NCBI GenBank assembly: GCA_041674205.1
Contig: JBAYWF010000002.1
Coordinates: 46,940-110,939 of the forward strand
Length of the DNA stretch: 64,000 bases
Direction: 5' to 3'
Origin: Parcubacteria group bacterium
GTDB lineage: Bacteria; Patescibacteriota; Minisyncoccia; Moranbacterales; UBA2206
In this document: one piece after another, positions 49,395 to 58,786 of the stretch
Position numbering within the stretch: the first letter of the stretch is position 1
How the letters are laid out: every line of letters begins with the position of its first letter
The notes under the pieces: generated by a model
The model's input: only the letters and a program-made list of their open reading frames with translations
What the model was told of the DNA's origin: nothing
The model's database searches: none
Position numbers and translations under genes: made by a program

Positions 49395-49958
49395 TTATTT
49401 AACGGAATAAATTTCAATTACAGCGCCTGAAACTCCTGGAACGGCACCTTGCAATGCCATCATATGCTTCTCCTTATCTATCAAAACGATTTTGACATTC
49501 TTGCTTGTTACACGCTTGCCACCCATCCGACCAGCCATCCGTTTACCTTTGATGACATGTTCCGGATAACCCGCACCGATTGAACCCGGCGCACGCAAAT
49601 CGTGTTTGTGCCCGTGTGAAGCGGCTGATCCTTTGAATCCATGCCGTTTAACCACGCCCTGGAAACCCTTAGCCTTTCCAAGTCCGCTTATATTGACCTT
49701 GTCGCCGATTTCAAACGAGTCGACGCCGATTTCATCCCCGACTTTCACTTCAGCGGAAGCGCCTTTGAATTCCTTTTTATAAACTTTATTCTTGGTTTTC
49801 GCCATTTCAACTTGTACCGCCACATATCCGTCCGTCTCTTCGTTGCGGATTATCGAAACTTTGGAAGCGCACTCCACCAAAGTCACGTTCAAAGCCTCAT
49901 TAGCTTCATTGAAGATCGTAGTCATTCCAAGTTTTTTGCCTAATATGAATTTTGCCAT
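49395..49958 (-). CDS. rplC: 50S ribosomal protein L3
   Basis: family match. Confidence 0.95.
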   Translation of the reverse strand: MAKFILGKKLGMTTIFNEANEALNVTLVECASKVSIIRNEETDGYVAVQVEMAKTKNKVYKKEFKGASAEVKVGDEIGVDSFEIGDKVNISGLGKAKGFQGVVKRHGFKGSAASHGHKHDLRAPGSIGAGYPEHVIKGKRMAGRMGGKRVTSKNVKIVLIDKEKHMMALQGAVPGVSGAVIEIYSVK

Positions 49959-50099
49959 GGTCTTTTTTTACAAATAAAAAATCAGGTATCCACAAGCCAG
50001 TTATCTCAGTCATGGGGCTTAGTACCCGATTTAACTTTCTGGTTGAGTATCTCCCGCCTAAACGGGGACTTTAACTAGTATTTTATATATTTTTCCAAA
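49959..50099 (-). promoter_or_regulatory. 141-nt spacer between rpsJ and rplC with hairpin potential (candidate attenuator, internal promoter or processing site)
   Basis: gap is unusually long for the rpsJ-rplC junction; contains CCCCGTTTAGGCGGG stem and TATCCACA box. Confidence 0.3.
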
Positions 50100-50426
50100 T
50101 TACATCTTTATCTCGATATCCACTCCAGCCGGCAAATCCAGATTAGTCAGGCTGTCGATCGTTTTAGGGGTCGGACTCCAGATATCGATAATCCGCTTAT
50201 GCATCCGCATCTCATATTGATCCCTTGCATCCTTGTTGACAAAAGTGGATTTATTGACGGTGAATTTTCTGATTTCAGTTGGCAATGGAACCGGACCGGT
50301 GATCGTCGCGCCTGATCTCTCTGCCGTTTCAACGATTTGTCTGGCTGATCGATCGATAATCTTATGGTCGTAGGCTTTGATCTTTATCCTGATCCTAGAT
50401 TTTGCGTCTTCTTCCTTTTTAATCAT
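50100..50426 (-). CDS. rpsJ: 30S ribosomal protein S10
   Basis: [15 protein letters not shown]; SD AAGGAGG upstream. Confidence 0.95.
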   Translation of the reverse strand: MIKKEEDAKSRIRIKIKAYDHKIIDRSARQIVETAERSGATITGPVPLPTEIRKFTVNKSTFVNKDARDQYEMRMHKRIIDIWSPTPKTIDSLTNLDLPAGVDIEIKM

Positions 50427-50523
50427 TTTTTTTAATGAAAACCTCCTTAGTTATGTGTTTATAAATTCTACTCTATAAGACCGCTTATGTCAAATATTTC
50501 CATAAGCGGTCCGAAGAATCGAC

Positions 50524-51717
50524 TTATTTTATAATCTTAGTAACGACTCCGGCGCCGACCGTCCGGCCACCTTCGCGGATCGCGAACCTCATTCCGTCCT
50601 CCATCGCTACAGGAGCACCTAATTTGACGTTGAAGTTGATAGTATCTCCCGGCATAACCATCTCAGTTCCCTCCGGCAGGATCACTTCACCAGTCACATC
50701 AGTTGTCCGGACATAGAATTGCGGCTTATAGCCCTTGAAGAATGGAGTATGTCTTCCACCTTCTTCCTTAGTCAAGATATAGACTTCACCTTCAAATTCA
50801 GTGTGCGGAGTAATCGAGCCTGGTTTAGCCAAAACTTGCCCACGTTCGACATCCTCTTTCTTTATTCCACGAAGCAAAAGTCCGGCATTATCTCCAGCCC
50901 GTCCCTCCGTAAGAGATTTGTTGAACATTTCAATTCCAGTCACTACGGTCTTAGCGGTCGGTCGGATTCCGACGATTTCAATTTCCTCATTGATTTTGAT
51001 CGTACCCCTTTCAATCCTTCCAGTCACTACGGTTCCTCGACCCTCGATTGAGAAGATATCTTCGATTGGCAGCAAGAATGGCTTGTCAGTTTCACGCACT
51101 GGATCTGGAACTTTTTCATCAACTGCCGCAATCAAATCCCAAATCGGTTTAGCCGCTTCGTCGTCAGCTGATTTCGATTCAAGGGCTTTCAGAGCTGAAC
51201 CGCGGATAACTTTGGCGTTATCACCATCAAACTCGTATTTTGTCAATAGTTCACGCACTTCCGCTTCGACCAATTCGATCAATTCCTCATCATCCACCAT
51301 ATCAACCTTGTTCAAGAAAACCACGATTTCCGGCACACCCACCTGCTTAGCCAAAAGGATGTGTTCGCGGGTCTGCGGCATCGGACCGTCGGTCGCAGCC
51401 ACTACCAGGATAGCACCGTCCATCTGGGCAGCACCGGTAATCATATTTTTGATATAGTCAGCATGTCCCGGACAGTCAACGTGCGCGTAATGTCTTTTTT
51501 CAGATTCGTATTCACAGTGGGCGGTCGCGATGGTGATACCCCGCTCTTTTTCTTCCGGAGCCTTGTCGATTTCATCGATTCCCTTTTCCTTGGCTTGCCC
51601 TCTAAAAGACAAGACATGCAGGATAGCTGCGGTCAGGGTCGTTTTGCCATGATCAACATGTCCGATCGTACCGACATTGACGTGAGGTTTGGTTCTTTCG
51701 AATTGTCCTACTGCCAT
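50524..51717 (-). CDS. tuf: elongation factor Tu
   Basis: [22 protein letters not shown]. Confidence 0.98.
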   Translation of the reverse strand: MAVGQFERTKPHVNVGTIGHVDHGKTTLTAAILHVLSFRGQAKEKGIDEIDKAPEEKERGITIATAHCEYESEKRHYAHVDCPGHADYIKNMITGAAQMDGAILVVAATDGPMPQTREHILLAKQVGVPEIVVFLNKVDMVDDEELIELVEAEVRELLTKYEFDGDNAKVIRGSALKALESKSADDEAAKPIWDLIAAVDEKVPDPVRETDKPFLLPIEDIFSIEGRGTVVTGRIERGTIKINEEIEIVGIRPTAKTVVTGIEMFNKSLTEGRAGDNAGLLLRGIKKEDVERGQVLAKPGSITPHTEFEGEVYILTKEEGGRHTPFFKGYKPQFYVRTTDVTGEVILPEGTEMVMPGDTINFNVKLGAPVAMEDGMRFAIREGGRTVGAGVVTKIIK

Positions 51718-52020
51718 ATTTTTAGTTTATGTTCGTCTTATTTCACGAATTAAATCCGGAATAAAAACCCGGATTCGCAAATAATTACGAATTAATTTAT
51801 TATTTTATTTAACAAAATATATTTTATATCATCTCTCGATTTTTGGCAAGTTTTGCGGATTTCCACCTGTGGATAACTCAGCTGTTTTATCCCGGGACGC
51901 CCGCAAACGCACATTTCTCCAACCACTTGCATCGTTATCAAATATTATCAAGTAATTTGCACCTTGTCAAGCTTTTTTGGAATATTTTTCCATCCGATCC
52001 TCCGCCTTGCGACAATCAAG

Positions 52021-52422
52021 TCAGGACTTCATCCCGGAAAAATCCGCGGTTCCGAATTTTGCCAGCGGATCATCCTCCAGAACGCCCTCGGCGGATCCAT
52101 CTGCCGATTCCTGAACCGCCACGACCGCGGATATTCCATCCTCTTCAGCCATCCGCCTGCCTAGCTCGAAGCTAGCGATTACCTCGCAAGCTTTGGCCGT
52201 ATCCAGCCCGAAGGTTTTTTCCAACTCCGCGGCATCCGCTCCAGCCAAGGAAAATTTCGGATATTCACGCAAGATGTTTTTCGCCAATTCGACTACATCC
52301 ATGCCTTTCGTCCCCGTACGCAAAATAATCGCCAACAATTCGGACTTCGTCAACTTATCCGCGCCGTAATGCAACATTTTTTCTTTCGGCCATTCTATTT
52401 TCGCGCTTCCTTTTGTTTCCAT
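52021..52422 (-). CDS. RadC-like N-terminal (UPF0758, HhH) domain protein lacking the JAB/MPN domain
   Basis: LTKSELLAIILRTGTKGMDVVELAKNIL...LGRR typical RadC N-domain; only 133 aa. Confidence 0.6.
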   Translation of the reverse strand: METKGSAKIEWPKEKMLHYGADKLTKSELLAIILRTGTKGMDVVELAKNILREYPKFSLAGADAAELEKTFGLDTAKACEVIASFELGRRMAEEDGISAVVAVQESADGSAEGVLEDDPLAKFGTADFSGMKS

Positions 52423-52431
52423 ATTTCTATT

Positions 52432-54060
52432 CTAACACACTTTTTCCATTTTCAGTTTCTGTCTTTTGGCGATCACCAGCCTGATCTGTTCATAACTGAT
52501 CAGCTCCGGTAATTGCGCCTTGATGGCGCTCAAAAAATGCGCGCTGCCCGCCGCCGGCAAAGCTTGTAGGATTTGCCGTTCTTCCTCAGGAGTGACGAAT
52601 TTTCCAATTGCAAGTTCCCCACCAGCCAAATACCATAACACCAGATGATTGAAAATCGTGCTGACGCCCAGGCTGCGGATCTTGGCGATCTGCTCCGGCG
52701 CGTAGTCTTGTTTATAAAAATCGACGGTGACCAAGACGGTGTCGCTCAAATCGTCCTTGCCGCGCATAACGCGCGCCGCGCCGCGGGATGTTTTTCGGAT
52801 TTCCGTATTTTTCCAATTCAGGCACACATCGCAACCTTTGCAATTTTGCTGGTGCGATTCCAAATCCGGATCCTGGAAATATTCCAAGATTATCCGGCGC
52901 CGGCAGGACTTGGCCGTAGCATAGTTCAGGATGCCCTCCAGGCGGTTATATTTGATATCCAACACCCGGTTGGTTTCCTGCCAATCCTTGCCCTGCGCGA
53001 GCATATTCTGTTTGTCCAAACGGATGAAATATTTGTGGGTGGTCACATCCCGCTTGCTATGCAAAAGCACGCAATAGGAAAGCTCGCCGTCGCGTCCGGC
53101 GCGTCCGGCTTCCTGATAGTAGCCTTCCAGGCTCCCCGGCATCCCGGCGTGGATGACGAAGCGGATGTCGGCTTTGTCCACCCCCATCCCGAAAGCCACA
53201 GTGGCCACGATCACCTTGAAGCGGTTTTCCATAAAATCATTCTGGATTTTCTCGCGTTCTCCGGCTTTCATACCGGCATGATAGGCGCGCGCCGTGATGT
53301 CCTGGCTTTTCAGATATTTCGCGATGGCTTCCGTGTCTTTTCTGGAAATCGCATAGACGATGCCGGAACCCGCGCCTTTCAAAGATTTCACTATGCGCAA
53401 AACTTCCTCCAATCTTTGCGTCGGCTTCAAATCGCACTGCGCGAAGAAACGGATATTGGGCCGATCGAATCCGCGGATAAAAACTTTCGGGCTCCGCAGA
53501 TCCAAGCGCGCGATGATATCATCTTTGACTTCCGGCGTGGCCGTCGCCGTGAAAGCCGCCACGACCGGCCGTTTTTTTAAAGACTTGATATATTGGCCGA
53601 TGGCCAGATAGTCCGGCCGGAAATCATGCCCCCACTGAGAAACGCAATGCGCTTCGTCCACCGCGAACAAGGAAATTTCCAAATCGGAAAATATATTACG
53701 GAACTCCCCGCTTGCGAACCTTTCCGGGGCGATATACAAAATCTTGGTTTTCCCCGCCCGCAAATCCGCCAGGCGCCGCTGCGTTTCTTCCGGCGTAAGC
53801 GAACTGTTGATAAAAGTGGCCGGAATGCCCCGCGCCATCAGGCTGTCCACCTGGTCTTTCATAAGCGCGATGAGCGGTGAGATGACGATAGTGGTTTTCT
53901 CACCCAAAATGGCCGGCAATTGGTAGCACAAAGACTTGCCGCCTCCGGTCGGCATCAATGCCACCACATCCGTGCCTTGCAAAATGCTTTCGATGATTTC
54001 TTTCTGTCCCGCGCGGAACCGCGGAAAGTTGAAATATTTTTCCAGGTTTTTTTCCAACAC
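52432..54060 (-). CDS. recQ: ATP-dependent DNA helicase RecQ
   Basis: DEAH box VDEAHCVSQWGHDFRPDY, Zn-binding Cys cluster. Confidence 0.9.
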   Translation of the reverse strand: MLEKNLEKYFNFPRFRAGQKEIIESILQGTDVVALMPTGGGKSLCYQLPAILGEKTTIVISPLIALMKDQVDSLMARGIPATFINSSLTPEETQRRLADLRAGKTKILYIAPERFASGEFRNIFSDLEISLFAVDEAHCVSQWGHDFRPDYLAIGQYIKSLKKRPVVAAFTATATPEVKDDIIARLDLRSPKVFIRGFDRPNIRFFAQCDLKPTQRLEEVLRIVKSLKGAGSGIVYAISRKDTEAIAKYLKSQDITARAYHAGMKAGEREKIQNDFMENRFKVIVATVAFGMGVDKADIRFVIHAGMPGSLEGYYQEAGRAGRDGELSYCVLLHSKRDVTTHKYFIRLDKQNMLAQGKDWQETNRVLDIKYNRLEGILNYATAKSCRRRIILEYFQDPDLESHQQNCKGCDVCLNWKNTEIRKTSRGAARVMRGKDDLSDTVLVTVDFYKQDYAPEQIAKIRSLGVSTIFNHLVLWYLAGGELAIGKFVTPEEERQILQALPAAGSAHFLSAIKAQLPELISYEQIRLVIAKRQKLKMEKVC

Positions 54061-54240
54061 CTGTTTTGTATTTAGGACTTACGCGTTTGCCGCTTTATCC
54101 GGAGTGTTCCTAAAGCTAAGCTTTTGATAGGCTTCCAAGAAACAAACGTGTATGTCCTAATATTATTATTTTTTACCCGTAGCCTTATCTTACCACAAGC
54201 GGACTGTTTGCATCATGCAAACAGTCCGCATCCATTCCGA

Positions 54241-54492
54241 TTACTGCAAATATTGTTTCACTTCTTCCAAGGCGCCAGTAAAAGCCGGGAAATGGTCTTT
54301 AAAAATCAAAAGGCGGTTCACGACTTTTTCACCGGTCGGTTTTTTATAGGACTCGGCGACAGTCAGATAATTACTGCCGTTGCTCGCCTTCTTCACATCG
54401 AAGAAATAGGTTTTGCCTCCCGCCTTCACCATCTGCGCGAAGACTTTGTCCTGGACCGGCGCGCCTTGCGGCGCATTTTGTGATTGTTGCAT
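54241..54492 (-). CDS. PUR-alpha-like (DUF3276-type) nucleic-acid-binding protein
   Basis: GGKTYFFDVKKASNGSNYLTVAES. Confidence 0.5.
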   Translation of the reverse strand: MQQSQNAPQGAPVQDKVFAQMVKAGGKTYFFDVKKASNGSNYLTVAESYKKPTGEKVVNRLLIFKDHFPAFTGALEEVKQYLQ

Positions 54493-54647
54493 TTTTGTTT
54501 TCCGTACCCGCGCCTCAAGCGCGGGATATTAAATTATTAGTCGGAAGGCTGCAGCGCTTCCTGATGATATTTTATCACTGCCGTTATCACTGTCAAGTTT
54601 TCGGCTGTGGATAACTTATTGCAGCGGTCCGACCCCTCCAAAAAACT

Positions 54648-55157
54648 TCACTTCAACGCTTCAGCCAGCTTGTCCAGAGACTGGTTCCAGCCCATATCCA
54701 TATCCTTCAAATCCTGTTCGTCGAAACGGCTCGTGTCCGGATAGCGCAAAGTGAATTTAGTCTTATTACCCATCTCTTCAAGCATAGTTTCCACTGTTGT
54801 CTCATATGGCACATCACTGCCCATGCCATAATAGGCCGGTGTCACCGGATTGCCTTTCTCATCGGAAAAATAGTCCGTCACCACGATTTTCTCCGGTGCT
54901 TTGACCTCACGGAAAATACCGGCGCTCCAAAAATCATGCGCTTCACCGCCTGGCACGACCACTCCGTGCATACAGTAGAGATATTTCCCGCCTTCGCGCA
55001 GATCAATCTCGATGTGCGGGGCCGTGAAATCTTTCGGACCCCACCATTTTTTCACCATCTCAGGAGTCGTCCAAGCCTCCCAAACTTTTGCGCGCGGAGC
55101 GTCAAAAACGCGTGTGAATTCCAAACCTTTTTCATTTTTTCGCATCGTATTATCCAT
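54648..55157 (-). CDS. SRPBCC / AHSA1-like domain protein
   Basis: VFDAPRAKVWEAWTTPEMVKKWWGP. Confidence 0.65.
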   Translation of the reverse strand: MDNTMRKNEKGLEFTRVFDAPRAKVWEAWTTPEMVKKWWGPKDFTAPHIEIDLREGGKYLYCMHGVVVPGGEAHDFWSAGIFREVKAPEKIVVTDYFSDEKGNPVTPAYYGMGSDVPYETTVETMLEEMGNKTKFTLRYPDTSRFDEQDLKDMDMGWNQSLDKLAEALK

Positions 55158-55217
55158 ATGTTTTCACCTCCTTTCCATATGACTAATACAGCCACTATGA
55201 GCCCGGGCTTTCAAATA

Positions 55218-55571
55218 CTATCGGATGGCAAAGCCAGCCACGAATACCGCCAGCCACACCAGGCCGCTCACTATCGTATAAGCCGGCGGCACCCGTTTTC
55301 CCGATCCTTCACGATAGTTGATCGAGGACCAGACGGCTTTCCCGCCCATGAGCGCCAGCGCGACCAAGCCAGCAACCGAATGGAAATCCAAGGCGAAACC
55401 CGCGGTCATAAGTGACATAAGCGCCGTCCCGGTCAGGTCAAAAACGAATCCCCACCAAAAAAGGGCCAGGGTCGCGGACGAGACCGCTTTCCGCGAAAAT
55501 TCCTGGAAGACGCTTGTGGCATAAAGGACCAAGGCGAGGACGACTGCGATGATGGCGGCTGGAAGCAACAT
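55218..55571 (-). CDS. small multi-TM membrane protein
   Basis: 117 aa, 4 predicted TM. Confidence 0.45.
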   Translation of the reverse strand: MLLPAAIIAVVLALVLYATSVFQEFSRKAVSSATLALFWWGFVFDLTGTALMSLMTAGFALDFHSVAGLVALALMGGKAVWSSINYREGSGKRVPPAYTIVSGLVWLAVFVAGFAIR

Positions 55572-55609
55572 ATTATTTTTTTCTTAAATTATTAATTATT
55601 TCCCGATTT

Positions 55610-56623
55610 TCAATTCTTGGCCAGCAAGTTGGTGATGAGCGCGATCATGGTTTCTTTTTCTTTCGGATGGCTTTCCGCCACGAGCAAGGCCAGCGCCGTC
55701 AAAGCGTTGTCATTGATTTTCTTTTCTCCATTGGCGCCGTAGAGATAATTATTGCGGTCCAAAAAATAGATAAACAGGAAAGCTCCCATACGTTTGTTGC
55801 CATCGGAAAACGGATGATCCTTGATTACTAGGTACAGCAAGTGCGCCGCCTTGCTTTCCAAATCAGCATACAATTCCTTGCCGTCGAAAGTTTGGTATAG
55901 GTTTTTGATGACCGATTCGAACGCGCCACCCCTTTCATTGCCGAAAATATCACCCGCTTCTTTCTTAGCCAGCAATTCCCTTTTGACTTCCGTCACGATT
56001 TTTTGGCAATCTTCATACCGCAAAACGAATTTGGCCTTGCCTGCGCGCGCCTTCTTCAAACTGCTCTTATCATATTGCTCCAAGAGGGTCAAAGTCTTGG
56101 CGTAGTCCGCCAACAGATCCATAATTTCAACCTCTTGCCCTTTCAACGTTTTCGCGTGGACTTTTTCCCGCAAGAAGGAAATGGTTTTTTGCAGTTTTTC
56201 AAAATTTTCCTTTTCCTGCAAAAGCCTTTTCTGATTGATGGTGTAGCCTTTTAACAAATGCTCCCGCAATACATTGGTCGCCCAGATGCGGAATTGGGTG
56301 GCGCGAGTCGAATTGACCCGATAACCGATAGAAATAACAGCATCTAGATTATAAAATTGGATTTTATAGACTTTACCATCAGAGGCAGTATGTTCCAAAA
56401 TGGAACTAACTGAACTCTTCTTCAGCTCGCCGGATTTAAAGACATTTTGCAAATGTTTTGTAATTGCAGGTCTCTGCGTACCAAAAAGCATTGCAATTTG
56501 ATCCTGCGTAAGCCAAACTGTTTCTTTCTCGAATTTAATCTCCAATTCAACCTCCCCTGCCTTGGATTTGTAAATTATGACTTCACCTTCTTGTGGAACC
56601 TTTTTTAAGTTTTGTTTTACCAT
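55610..56623 (-). CDS. RhuM-like N-terminal domain fused to Fic (AMPylase-type) domain
   Basis: C-terminal HPFSDGNKRMG matches Fic motif HPFx[DE]GNGR; N-terminal KIQFYNLDAVISIGYRVNS RhuM-like. Confidence 0.7.
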   Translation of the reverse strand: MVKQNLKKVPQEGEVIIYKSKAGEVELEIKFEKETVWLTQDQIAMLFGTQRPAITKHLQNVFKSGELKKSSVSSILEHTASDGKVYKIQFYNLDAVISIGYRVNSTRATQFRIWATNVLREHLLKGYTINQKRLLQEKENFEKLQKTISFLREKVHAKTLKGQEVEIMDLLADYAKTLTLLEQYDKSSLKKARAGKAKFVLRYEDCQKIVTEVKRELLAKKEAGDIFGNERGGAFESVIKNLYQTFDGKELYADLESKAAHLLYLVIKDHPFSDGNKRMGAFLFIYFLDRNNYLYGANGEKKINDNALTALALLVAESHPKEKETMIALITNLLAKN

Positions 56624-56715
56624 ATTTTTTAACTTATTTGATTATAGTGATATAGTATCATTATAATCGAATCCGTCAACCCTTCACGACCTTGTTTATT
56701 GCAACTATCAAAAAA

Positions 56716-56747
56716 CGCATGGACATTCTCACATTCTCGAGAATGTG
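56716..56747. promoter_or_regulatory. 32-bp near-perfect palindrome upstream of Fic gene (GAATGT half-sites, centred on CTCGAG)
   Basis: ACATTCTCACATTCTCGAGAATGTGAGAATAT. Confidence 0.6.
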
Positions 56748-56756
56748 AGAATATGT

Positions 56757-57380
56757 TCATTGCCCATCATCATCCAGGAAATTCCCGAGCTCAGAAATGT
56801 TCAAAAAATCTATGCCGGCGGCCTGGGCCGCGCCGCTGTCGGCCCGGCTATCGCCGATAAGCAGGTATCGCGATTTCGGAAAGCTCCCGTCAAAAATCAA
56901 GGAAAAACCGTCCGCCCGCGGTTTGATATACCGGACATCGTTGCGCGTAACGATCTTTGCGAAAAATTTCGCCCAACCCAGCTCCTCCAAAATCAGCTGG
57001 ATCGTCCGCCGGTCATTGGATGTCCATAAATATAATTCGGCATACTTCCGGGATAATTCGAGCAGGGGCGCCGCGAGCGGCGACAAGTCGTAGCCGTAAA
57101 AAAAATCTTTTTCAATCCCGAAATTCATTTCATTCATCCTCTCGCTGGCCGCATCGCCACCTTTTTCGATGCAAAGATTTATCTTCTCGGAATAATTCAA
57201 ATCAGGGCTCTCGCTGAAATCCAACCCGAACTCGGAAAAAATGCCATCCAGCTCCTCGCACCAAGGCTTCCAATCGACCAACAACGTGCAGAGCGTCTTG
57301 TCGAAATCGAAAATAATATGCTTGATGTCTTTTTCTTGGATGTAGTTTTCGAACTGTTCTTTTTTCATGTTTTTTTGCAA
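56757..57380 (-). CDS. HAD-superfamily hydrolase
   Basis: IIFDFDKTL (DxDxT motif). Confidence 0.7.
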   Translation of the reverse strand: MQKNMKKEQFENYIQEKDIKHIIFDFDKTLCTLLVDWKPWCEELDGIFSEFGLDFSESPDLNYSEKINLCIEKGGDAASERMNEMNFGIEKDFFYGYDLSPLAAPLLELSRKYAELYLWTSNDRRTIQLILEELGWAKFFAKIVTRNDVRYIKPRADGFSLIFDGSFPKSRYLLIGDSRADSGAAQAAGIDFLNISELGNFLDDDGQ

Positions 57381-57397
57381 ATAATCAAACCCAAAAT

Positions 57398-57440
57398 GGG
57401 AAATTTAATACGTATAAAGGTAAGTGTTAAAATCATTCAC
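57398..57440. promoter_or_regulatory. motif B copy (immediately upstream of HAD gene)
   Basis: GGGAAATTTAATACGTATAAAGGTAAGTGTTAAAATCATTCAC. Confidence 0.55.
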
Positions 57441-57656
57441 TGATCTCGATTTAAGTATAGCACCTTAAAATATATGGCCAAATAAAAATACTACTGATGA
57501 AAACCACTGCCGGTGTCAGCCTGCCGCATACGCGAAACATCAAAGGGGAAATAAAAAAAGGCCGCTTCCTGGTTAGGGGCGACCTTCGTGAAAAATTATT
57601 CGAGTTTATTTATATATGCTTGTTTGTACGTGGCATTCTTTTTCTTCGGGAGATGA

Positions 57657-58283
57657 TTAGGTGGCAGGCTGCATACCTTTAAGCTTATTTATCCCTCTGC
57701 GTTCAGCCTCGATTATTTGAATGAAAATAGGATAATAACCTTTCTTATCATCGATCGGGTCGCCATAAATATTATACGCCATATTCCCCCGCCTTTTTGT
57801 TTCCCACAAGAAACCATCGAAACTCTCTTTGCCAGCATTGCAAAGAAACATTTCCCCGGACTTAAGTTCCGGATGCCGGTCATTTGAAAAGGGTTTTTCA
57901 TGGATGATATTGATTTCTCCGCCTTTTTCATATGCCCTTAAATCCTGACTTAATCCGATTGGTTCCGATTTGTAATCCTTGGGACCATTCTTGAAAAAAG
58001 CCATCCCGACGCAACCCACCAAAGTCAATGAATTCGTCCGGGCAAAAGCGAGAAAATCTTCAAAAACTTCTCTCCATGTATTACTGAAAGGCGAAACACC
58101 TTCATTAACAGAGATGGCCATGTATCTTGTCATACTATGGACTTCATTTTTAATCCGGAAAATTGCATGATCAGGAGATGATGGTGGAGATTCCACCAGA
58201 GCATGCGGGAAAAAACTAAAGCTGGAAAGTTGCAAAACTGGCGTTTCTCGCTCTCCTTTGGTTGGCTCTCTAAGGATGGCCAT
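57657..58283 (-). CDS. hypothetical protein (start possibly internal at MTRYMAIS)
   Basis: ORF only; no motif recognised. Confidence 0.35.
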   Translation of the reverse strand: MAILREPTKGERETPVLQLSSFSFFPHALVESPPSSPDHAIFRIKNEVHSMTRYMAISVNEGVSPFSNTWREVFEDFLAFARTNSLTLVGCVGMAFFKNGPKDYKSEPIGLSQDLRAYEKGGEINIIHEKPFSNDRHPELKSGEMFLCNAGKESFDGFLWETKRRGNMAYNIYGDPIDDKKGYYPIFIQIIEAERRGINKLKGMQPAT

Positions 58284-58489
58284 GGCTTTTCCTCCACTGT
58301 TGATTTTTTATCTATGAATCACATTGTAATTGTTTGTAAAAGTAATATGGCATCCTACTAATAAAACGCGATTTTGTCAATAAAAAAATGCCTTCACAAC
58401 GTGCCTATTATCCCGCCGTGAAGGAAAAATTTATTTCCGAAGGTCCAACCTTCGAAGCCAATGACACGTAGCCGACTCCTCAATTAAAA

Positions 58490-58726
58490 TCATTCTATCC
58501 TCCGCCAATGCCGGTGTTCGACATAGACGATCCGCCACCAGGTTTGGCCCAGAAAATATCCGCCGATGAGGCCGGCAAGGAAAAACGCAGCACTGGCATA
58601 TCCCGGCAAGCCGTCCACCGCCCCGCTATTCAAATAGCGGATATCCAGCAAGCCGAACGCAATCACCGCCAACAGTACTCCCAAAAACATCGTGAGGATG
58701 ATATAGATTGTTTTTTTGATTTGCAT
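58490..58726 (-). CDS. small 2-TM membrane protein
   Basis: 78 aa, two hydrophobic helices. Confidence 0.4.
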   Translation of the reverse strand: MQIKKTIYIILTMFLGVLLAVIAFGLLDIRYLNSGAVDGLPGYASAAFFLAGLIGGYFLGQTWWRIVYVEHRHWRRIE

Positions 58727-58740
58727 TTGGTTTTGATTTG

Positions 58741-58786
58741 AAAAAATTTAATACGTATTAAGGTAAGTATTTAATCATGTATATCC
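58741..58786. promoter_or_regulatory. motif B copy (upstream of small membrane protein gene); contains perfect 14-bp palindrome TTAATACGTATTAA
   Basis: AAAAAATTTAATACGTATTAAGGTAAGTATTTAATCATG. Confidence 0.55.

Noticed and set aside
52645-53580. 311-aa plus-strand ORF
   Set aside because: Antisense to recQ; no motifs.
51720-54620. Chromosomal origin of replication
   Set aside because: Only two isolated DnaA boxes ~2.7 kb apart, no box cluster, no AT-rich DUE next to them, no dnaA/dnaN nearby.
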